A stretch of 13,572 nt of DNA from a virus (taxonomy: Duplodnaviria; Heunggongvirae; Uroviricota; Caudoviricetes), in IMG/VR virus record IMGVR_UViG_2671181050_000011; one strand, given 5' to 3'. Within the stretch, counting starts at the first letter, position 1; every line of letters starts with the position of its first letter. A program made the position numbers and the translations under genes. The notes beneath the pieces are model-generated. The model saw nothing but the letters and a program-made list of their open reading frames with translations. It was not told the DNA's origin and did not search any database. Below, piece by piece: positions 7,323-13,572 of this stretch.

Positions 7323-7535
7323 TCAAAGCGCCACTACATGAACAGCGGCAGGACCTTTAGGTCCGTTCTCAATACCAAATTCAACTTCCTGATTCTCAGT
7401 TAATGTTTTGAAATCGTTGCTCTGAATTGCTGAGAAATGGACAAACACATCTTTGCTGCCATCTTTCGGCGTGATGAAACCAAAACCTTTTTCAGGGTTA
7501 AACCATTTCACTAAACCAGTCATTTTGTTAGACAT
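7323..7535 (-). CDS. cspI: cold-shock protein, CspA family (CspI-like)
   Basis: 70-aa [73 protein letters not shown] with RNP1-like (KGFGFI) and RNP2-like (VFVHF) motifs. ATG at 7535 preceded by AAAGGTAATAATT, resembling the cspA translation initiation region. Confidence 0.9.
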   Translation of the reverse strand: MSNKMTGLVKWFNPEKGFGFITPKDGSKDVFVHFSAIQSNDFKTLTENQEVEFGIENGPKGPAAVHVVAL

Positions 7536-7898
7536 AATTATTACCTTTTGAAGAAATTAGCCCTTGGGCAGAATGGTCCGAAAAAAAAATATCAGAGAGA
7601 AAAACCAACAAGGAAATCTCAAGAGGTACAAATAATAAAATTATAACAATGACTGCTTCAGATAAATTTGTAACAAACCAGAACACCATTAACGCATGAT
7701 TAACCACCCATAGCAAGGATTACTTTTGTAAAGAAAAACACAGCAATGAAAGAATAGCTTTATTTATTAATAAAACGTGTCATTCTGATTAAGACCTTTT
7801 ATCTTACCCTTAAGATTTCAGGAATTTTGGCTCATGGAAGAGTCCTTTTTATTTAAATTTTACATTCCGCGATGTAAATGTTCCGATTTAATATTACC

Positions 7899-8922
<1,024 letters not shown>

Positions 8923-8926
<4 letters not shown>

Positions 8927-9234
8927 AGATATTTATGATGAGGACGCTCGTGCTTATTGGCAGGATTTTCAATCTTAAAGGAGTACTGATGCTGCAGATA
9001 AGACTCAACTTTTTCTGACAATTTTTCTGCTACTTCCAGGAAGACTTGCCGGACGCTCCTTCTGGCTGCTGCCTCATAAAACTCCAGCGCAGCTCCTTCA
9101 ACACGGTCCATGGCGACATCCAGGTCAAAAATTTCACCGTCAAAGCGTTCTTTGTCCTGTAAGGCTACAGTTACCGTAACTTTATTCTCAAAATTACGGA
9201 CTCCTTTCACAACCAGTTCATAGTCTTGAGTCAT
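8923..9234 (-). CDS. ydfR: uncharacterised protein between holin and endolysin (YdfR-like, DUF1327 as recalled)
   Basis: 103-aa ORF MTQDYELVVKGVRNFENKVTVTVALQDKERFDGEIFDLDVAMDRVEGAALEFYEAAARR.... ATG at 9234, 4 nt after the holin stop; its stop overlaps the endolysin start. Confidence 0.7.
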
Positions 9235-9238
9235 TGGA

Positions 9239-9454
9239 TTACTCTCCTCTCGCAGCCTTACGCCTGTCTTCTTTAATCTTGAAATAAAGATTTGTCAGAT
9301 ACGTCAGCAGGCCAAAAACCAGGCTACCCAGCACACCGATTGCAGCCCACTGTGACGGAGTTACTTTATCGAGTAACTGCAATGCCCAGAAACCAGCATT
9401 ACCCGCCGATGTGCCATAGGCAACACCTGTTGTTAACTTATCCATTGATTTCAT
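9239..9454 (-). CDS. essQ: class II holin / pinholin (phage 21 S-like) with dual-start motif
   Basis: From ATG 9454: [71 protein letters not shown] (71 aa), two transmembrane segments and a charged C-terminus. Met1-Lys-Ser-Met4 gives the holin/antiholin dual start; GAGGA lies just upstream. Confidence 0.85.
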   Translation of the reverse strand: MKSMDKLTTGVAYGTSAGNAGFWALQLLDKVTPSQWAAIGVLGSLVFGLLTYLTNLYFKIKEDRRKAARGE

Positions 9455-9673
9455 ATCCTCACCCCGATGTACACGGATGGTGCAATATGTTTGAAAAGAT
9501 CGGAGTCTACGGGGTAGTTTTGACAGCACACGTTGTTCTCAACGGCGCTAAAAAAACATACACATTAAAAATGTGGGTAATTATTTTGAAAGAAAGTCAT
9601 ATATAAAATAATAATACGAGAAATGTTTTCATATTTAGTGTACTGTATACGGCCATTTATACAGGAAAAGCCT

Positions 9674-9844
9674 ATGTCAGAACGTAAAAACTCAAAATCA
9701 CGCCGTAATTATCTCGTTAAATGTTCCTGCCCAAACTGCACCCAAGAGTCAGAACACAGTTTTTCAAGAGTACAAAAAGGTGCCCTTTTGATCTGCCCTC
9801 ATTGCAACAAAGTATTCCAGACAAATCTTAAAGCTGTAGCCTGA
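9674..9844 (+). CDS. small zinc-ribbon protein (CxxC ... CxxC), possibly the Qin small protein YnfU
   Basis: ATG at 9674 with AGGA 7 nt upstream: MSERKNSKSRRNYLVKCSCPNCTQESEHSFSRVQKGALLICPHCNKVFQTNLKAVA (56 aa). Two Cys pairs are spaced as in a zinc ribbon. The ynfU name is a guess from memory. Confidence 0.55.
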   Translation: MSERKNSKSRRNYLVKCSCPNCTQESEHSFSRVQKGALLICPHCNKVFQTNLKAVA

Positions 9845-9907
9845 TTGATTTTATTAGTAACAAGTATTTTTTATATTTTAATAATATATTTAAAGCAGAT
9901 AATAAAA

Positions 9908-9926
9908 AACCCGCCTGAGCGGGTTT
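9908..9926 (-). terminator. candidate intrinsic terminator (7-bp stem AACCCGC / GCGGGTT, loop CTGA), strongest in minus-strand orientation
   Basis: On the minus strand the stem is followed by TTTTTTATTAT. It lies ~280 nt downstream of the cspB stop and upstream of the lysis cassette. Confidence 0.5.
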
Positions 9927-10207
9927 GAGATTGTGGTGCTTTTTGTGGGAGTCATCCACTTACGCACTTTGTTTTGCCATGCCAGCAGTTAGCTTCTGCT
10001 GTAAAACTATTCATGCAGCAAACCTGCACTTCACCACAATGGTTAGCATACTTTTCCTGATTAAGATTTTGCCAAATATGCTAGCCATTGTTTCATGTAT
10101 TGGACCTCCTTACTTTTTATTAAAGAGATCCAATATTCACTACTCTGTCCGTATCTCTACTCAGGCATCAGCCTTCTTCGTTATCGTATACAGACGAGCG
10201 ATGAATT

Positions 10208-10423
10208 TTAATCAGTAATGATGACATTTGCTGCTGCAGGACCTTTAGCACCACTCTCTATAGAGAAGGTAACCTTTTGACCTTCAAATAAGGTTCGATA
10301 ATTATCATTCTGAATCGCAGAAAAATGCACAAACACATCTTTACTACCATCAACAGGAGAAATAAAGCCGAAACCTTTATCAGCGTTAAACCATTTTACT
10401 AAACCAGTCATTTTATTTGACAT
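10208..10423 (-). CDS. cspB: cold-shock protein, CspA family (CspB-like)
   Basis: 71-aa [77 protein letters not shown] at 10423 with AAGGA 7 nt upstream. Divergent from cspF, as in K-12 Qin. Confidence 0.9.
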   Translation of the reverse strand: MSNKMTGLVKWFNADKGFGFISPVDGSKDVFVHFSAIQNDNYRTLFEGQKVTFSIESGAKGPAAANVIITD

Positions 10424-10723
10424 TCTACATTCCTTAACTTGAGCCTTTCGGCATAAATGGTTTGCATAACAGAAACGACTTCGTACTTAATTGGAGAGAC
10501 TCAAAGAAGGAATAAGTGAATAACACCTGAAATGAGAACTGCTTTAGTAAACTACTTCGTATATCGTCTGTTCTTCAAACCGACGCAATCATTAACGCAT
10601 AGTTGAACATATGAAGCAATGTTTATTTTAGACATCCAGCCATCTTCAACCCCATCAAAAAACTATAGCTTTCTTCAGGAACGTGTGTATAGTGTGCCAA
10701 GTTATCAGTATTAAGGAATTTTT

Positions 10724-10936
10724 TTGTCCCGTAAAATGACAGGAATTGTCAAAACCTTTGACGGCAAAAGCGGCAAGGGTCTTATCACCCCATCCGATGG
10801 TCGTATCGATGTCCAGCTTCATGTTTCAGCGCTCAATCTCCGCGATGCAGAAGAAATTACCACCGGATTACGCGTGGAATTTTGCCGGATAAATGGTCTG
10901 CGTGGCCCTTCAGCTGCCAATGTTTACCTTTCATGA
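10724..10936 (+). CDS. cspF: CspA-family paralogue lacking the aromatic RNP motifs (CspF/CspH-like), apparent TTG start
   Basis: [70 protein letters not shown]. Codon 1 is TTG (10724..10726) with AGGA 6 nt upstream; the first ATG (10736) has no Shine-Dalgarno at proper spacing. Confidence 0.85.
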
Positions 10937-10990
10937 GCTATATTAAAGCTTTAATTTCAGGCCCCATCGGATCACACATGGAGAGTTTTT

Positions 10991-11080
10991 ATGAATAACC
11001 CCGTCTGTCTTGATGACTGGTTGATTGGCTTTAAAAGCTTATGCTGTACTTTGGCCGTAATAGCTCTGCTAATAATATAA
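10991..11080 (+). CDS. candidate 29-aa hydrophobic small protein (unannotated-size ORF)
   Basis: GGAGAG 5 nt upstream of the ATG: [29 protein letters not shown]. The C-terminal half is hydrophobic and could span a membrane. Too short for the supplied ORF track. Confidence 0.3.
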
Positions 11081-11230
11081 TAAGCAGACTCATTGTGTTT
11101 AGGGACATTGTACTGGAAGAAAACATTTTAAACATCAGGCAAATAACCAAGTCACCAGCTAAATAATAAGTTAACAGACATGAGTCCCGGGATGAGATTC
11201 AACATTACCATTGCCCCATTTAAAGCACAA

Positions 11231-11248
11231 AACCCGCTCATCAGCGGG
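11231..11248. terminator. bidirectional-looking intrinsic terminator hairpin (7-bp stem ACCCGCT / AGCGGGT, loop CATC)
   Basis: The plus strand has AAAA before and TTTTCTACTTTTTCTT after the stem; the minus strand has TTTGTGCTTT after it. It sits between the Q stop (11358) and cspF, where a lambdoid tR' would be expected. Confidence 0.5.
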
Positions 11249-11286
11249 TTTTCTACTTTTTCTTAACGTCGGGTATACAAAGCCCA

Positions 11287-11315
11287 TCGTTGAAAAAATT
11301 TTATCCATATTTTTT
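11287..11315 (-). promoter_or_regulatory. candidate sigma-70 late promoter (pR'-like) downstream of Q
   Basis: On the minus strand: TTGCAT (11315..11310), 17-nt spacer, TAAAAT (11292..11287). It is ~45-70 nt downstream of the Q stop and upstream of the 11231..11248 hairpin. No qut/pause site was verified. Confidence 0.35.
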
Positions 11316-11357
11316 GAAAAATGCAAACATCATGTCGCCATCTTCAGCAAAAATCAT

Positions 11358-12110
11358 TTATCTCGTCACCTTCCTCAATTGCGCTTCCGCGTATGCTTCT
11401 TCCTGCCAGCACTTTGTTACCAGTTTACCAATGACGTCCGCATACCCCTTATACCACTGATAATCGGTCAGGTCTGGTACCAGCTTCTGGACATGACGTC
11501 GTGCCAGCGTGGTCGGTAAACGACTAAACCGGTTTCCATTACAACGCCCACAAATCTTATATACCGGTACGCCATGAAACCGGGTTCTTTTTTCATCCAG
11601 AACAATCCCTTTACCCTTACACCCTCTGCACGCTGTGCTGGCTTCGCCCTTACCATGGCAATGCTGACATAGTTCCTTCACCCATTCTTCCTTGATTACA
11701 GATTCCCCGCGTCTGTAGTGTTTCACCACTTCGCGCAATACATTATAAAATCCCGTACCTGAACAATGCTCACAGCGAGCCTTACTTGCCGCAGACCTGG
11801 AGTAATCAGCAAAGGCAAAACTCACGAGGTAAGGAATAATCTGTAACCGGATTTCTTCACTCAATTTGTTCAATGTCGGGTTATCCAGTGCCATCGCGTA
11901 ATTTAGCAGGCCTTCAATCGCAAACTGAGGGTCCTGAACACCAACTTTTGCCAGAAATAAGGCCAACCCAAATGGTGCTTTCGACTGCACCATCCTCTGC
12001 GCTGCCATTACATCCGTAATTGTTAAACAACCGGTGCCTGTCGCTGGAGCGTCATCGCTCAATTTTGGAGATTTTGGGGAGTAATATTTTGGTAAGGCTT
12101 CAAGGTTCAT
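11358..12110 (-). CDS. quuQ: late-gene antiterminator Q (Cys-rich, multiple CxxC zinc-binding motifs)
   Basis: ORF 11358..12140; preferred start ATG 12110 (MNLEALPKYYSPKSPK..., 250 aa) with GGAG 7 nt upstream. Motifs CEHCSGTG, CQHCHGKG, CRGCKGKG and CGRCNGN are present. Position is immediately upstream of the lysis region, as for Q. Confidence 0.88.
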   Translation of the reverse strand: MNLEALPKYYSPKSPKLSDDAPATGTGCLTITDVMAAQRMVQSKAPFGLALFLAKVGVQDPQFAIEGLLNYAMALDNPTLNKLSEEIRLQIIPYLVSFAFADYSRSAASKARCEHCSGTGFYNVLREVVKHYRRGESVIKEEWVKELCQHCHGKGEASTACRGCKGKGIVLDEKRTRFHGVPVYKICGRCNGNRFSRLPTTLARRHVQKLVPDLTDYQWYKGYADVIGKLVTKCWQEEAYAEAQLRKVTR

Positions 12111-12123
12111 GCTCGTTCTCCAC

Positions 12124-13173
12124 TTACGCCAGTACGCCAATTGCCAGCGCGCGATCGATAAAACGAAATATCAGCTCCAGTTGGGAGCCATACTTATCTT
12201 CAAATGCCACTGTATCCGTATGCAGCTCGTTGTGATGCTTTCTGCACAAAGGCAACACAAAGAGATCATGTGCTTTTGTTCCCATTCCGCCCTGCCCGTG
12301 ACCAATCAGATGATGCGGATCGTCGGCTGGCATACCGCAGCAAGCACACGGCTGTGTCTTAACCCAACGTGTGTATTTCTCCTTAACCCAGCGGCGACGT
12401 TTAGGCAGCTTCATGAAAGATTCCGGAGACTCTGGATCAACGGTGATGCTTACCACCGTCTTTTCCTGTGGTGATTTTTGTTGCTGGTGGGCGTAAGGCA
12501 ACGGTGCAAGATTTTTTGTGCGTTGTTTCAATATGCTGGTGGCGGTCTGCTCTCCCGGTACGATGTCGCTTTCGCGGTACACCGAGCAGATTTTTTCCGC
12601 TGGTAATCCCAGCGAACGACGCGATACAGCCTCAGGTAGTGCATCCACCACCTGATTGCAGACCGCCCACCAGGATAATTCAGCCAAAGATAATTCCCGC
12701 TCCTGCGTACCGCTTATTGCGTGACGGATGACGTCAATCACCCATGCTGTCAGATTTTGTTGAGCAAGCAGCTCCAGTGATTCCGATGTCTGGTCACGCA
12801 GTTGGTTGTCGCAGTGCCAGCACAACACCATTGCGCCGGTACCATAACGGTGAATGACTGTTTCAGTGTGATGGTAATCGCCATTAGGCCACTGGCAGGA
12901 TGTAACATGACGTAATAGCCAGTCGGACAATGCGCCAACGCCGCCAGCAGCACGAATCACCCGTTCGTTACTAAAAAACGGCAGCAATGTTTTGTCTTCC
13001 GCCAGCGGCTGGCGAACGGCAGGAACGACTCCGGATGGCAGATTACGCATGCTTTTTGGTTCCGGTTCCACCAGCACTCGAGGATTATGAAATATCTGTA
13101 TGGATTCACGGCCCGGCTTAAGGACCACCAGCCCAAGCTCAGGCACCAGAACAGGTCTAAGTAATACCCGCAC
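12124..13173 (-). CDS. ydfU: YdfU-like protein (DUF968 as recalled) with C-terminal HNH-like Cys/His motif
   Basis: ORF 12124..13212; preferred start is GTG 13173 (349 aa), which has GGAGG upstream and abuts the rem stop. C-terminal motif CACCGMPADDPHHLIGHGQGG...LCRKHHNELH. Confidence 0.8.
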   Translation of the reverse strand: MRVLLRPVLVPELGLVVLKPGRESIQIFHNPRVLVEPEPKSMRNLPSGVVPAVRQPLAEDKTLLPFFSNERVIRAAGGVGALSDWLLRHVTSCQWPNGDYHHTETVIHRYGTGAMVLCWHCDNQLRDQTSESLELLAQQNLTAWVIDVIRHAISGTQERELSLAELSWWAVCNQVVDALPEAVSRRSLGLPAEKICSVYRESDIVPGEQTATSILKQRTKNLAPLPYAHQQQKSPQEKTVVSITVDPESPESFMKLPKRRRWVKEKYTRWVKTQPCACCGMPADDPHHLIGHGQGGMGTKAHDLFVLPLCRKHHNELHTDTVAFEDKYGSQLELIFRFIDRALAIGVLA

Positions 13174-13174
13174 G

Positions 13175-13453
13175 TTACCTCCAGATCCGTTGCTGGAAAG
13201 TGCGGGACGCACGTGGTGGGCGTTCGGAATAAGGCAGCCTGACAGAGATTATCCAGTGCCGATAGTCGAGACTGAGAGCTTTCTTAACCTCGAACCCGCG
13301 CCTGCGGTAAGAATGAATCAGCCATTCGGCCTGTTCTGCAGTGCATGGAGGGTGCTGGAACCATTCAGACTTGAATGCGTGAGAATACCGCCCGTGCGTG
13401 CAGGCAAGAACGGGCGAATTATCAGAATTGTAATATTTTGCGTTGCGTGCCAT
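13175..13453 (-). CDS. rem: small uncharacterised prophage protein (Rem-like by position)
   Basis: ORF MARNAKYYNSDNSPVLACTHGRYSHAFKSEWFQHPPCTAEQAEWLIHSYRRRGFEVKK..., ATG at 13453 with GGAG 8 nt upstream. Location 5' of ydfU matches K-12 Qin order. Confidence 0.75.
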   Translation of the reverse strand: MARNAKYYNSDNSPVLACTHGRYSHAFKSEWFQHPPCTAEQAEWLIHSYRRRGFEVKKALSLDYRHWIISVRLPYSERPPRASRTFQQRIWR

Positions 13454-13572
13454 CGGTTTTCTCCGGTGGCACGGTGTTACTCAGCGGGAGTTCAGCCCAT
13501 AAGCGCTAACTTAAGGGTTGAACCATCTGAAGAATGCGACGCCTCGGTGCCTCGTTAAGACGATGCCTCGCG

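Noticed and set aside
7068-7716. ORFs 7068..7277 (+) and 7528..7716 (-), and ORF 6869..7135 (+) antisense to ynfN
   Set aside because: They lie in the AT-rich cspI 3' and 5' untranslated/promoter regions or antisense to ynfN, with no convincing start signals.
9292-9606. Plus-strand ORF 9292..9606 and the 5' extension of the holin ORF to 9529
   Set aside because: 9292..9606 is antisense to the holin. The 9529 start is a GTG without a Shine-Dalgarno and would add 25 residues before the conserved dual-start motif.
9925-10218. Plus-strand ORF 9925..10218 and short minus-strand peptides after an AGGAGGT at about 10101..10107
   Set aside because: The 97-aa ORF starts inside the terminator hairpin and has no Shine-Dalgarno. 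The minus-strand AGGAGGT is followed only by 11- and 25-codon frames. This may be cspB 3' UTR; left as unresolved.
11211-12474. ORFs 11211..11519 +, 11468..11656 -, 12020..12235 + and 12109..12474 + around Q and ydfU
   Set aside because: They overlap the Cys-rich Q ORF or ydfU in other frames, or begin in the terminator region, and have no independent support.
12468-13558. ORFs 12468..12731 +, 12750..12953 - and 13100..13558 +
   Set aside because: Shadow ORFs of ydfU and rem.
13454-13572. Possible 3' end of a hok-family toxin locus (hokD follows rem in K-12)
   Set aside because: Translating the minus strand of the last ~120 nt gave no Hok-like C-terminus, and the window ends too soon to judge; not called.

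Overview
This window reads as a decaying lambdoid (Qin-like) prophage, with the phage late region on the minus strand. Calls rest on hand translation and recalled phage lambda / E. coli K-12 sequences; nothing was searched, so gene symbols are K-12 Qin names assigned by recalled similarity and gene order. Reading the minus strand from high to low coordinates: rem, ydfU, antiterminator Q (quuQ), moron genes cspF/cspB and a small zinc-ribbon gene, then a phage-21-type lysis cassette (pinholin S with dual start, ydfR, SAR endolysin R, Rz with embedded Rz1). Next come morons cspI, ynfN, a frameshifted gnsB, and the plus-strand pair ynfO/ydfO, followed by an apparently intact lambda-type cos site, Nu1 and a terminase A stub. 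The stub is joined by deletion directly to tail genes L, K, I, then a J gene broken in two places and fused out of frame to the C-terminus of a side tail fibre with HxH repeats, then the start of tfa. There are no rRNA, tRNA or CRISPR features. The main points of interest are the three deletion scars that remove head and tail-shaft genes while sparing cos and the lysis cassette, the gnsB homopolymer frameshift, and several uncharacterised small genes in the moron slots. I did not find evidence for a complete novel multi-gene system beyond these candidates.
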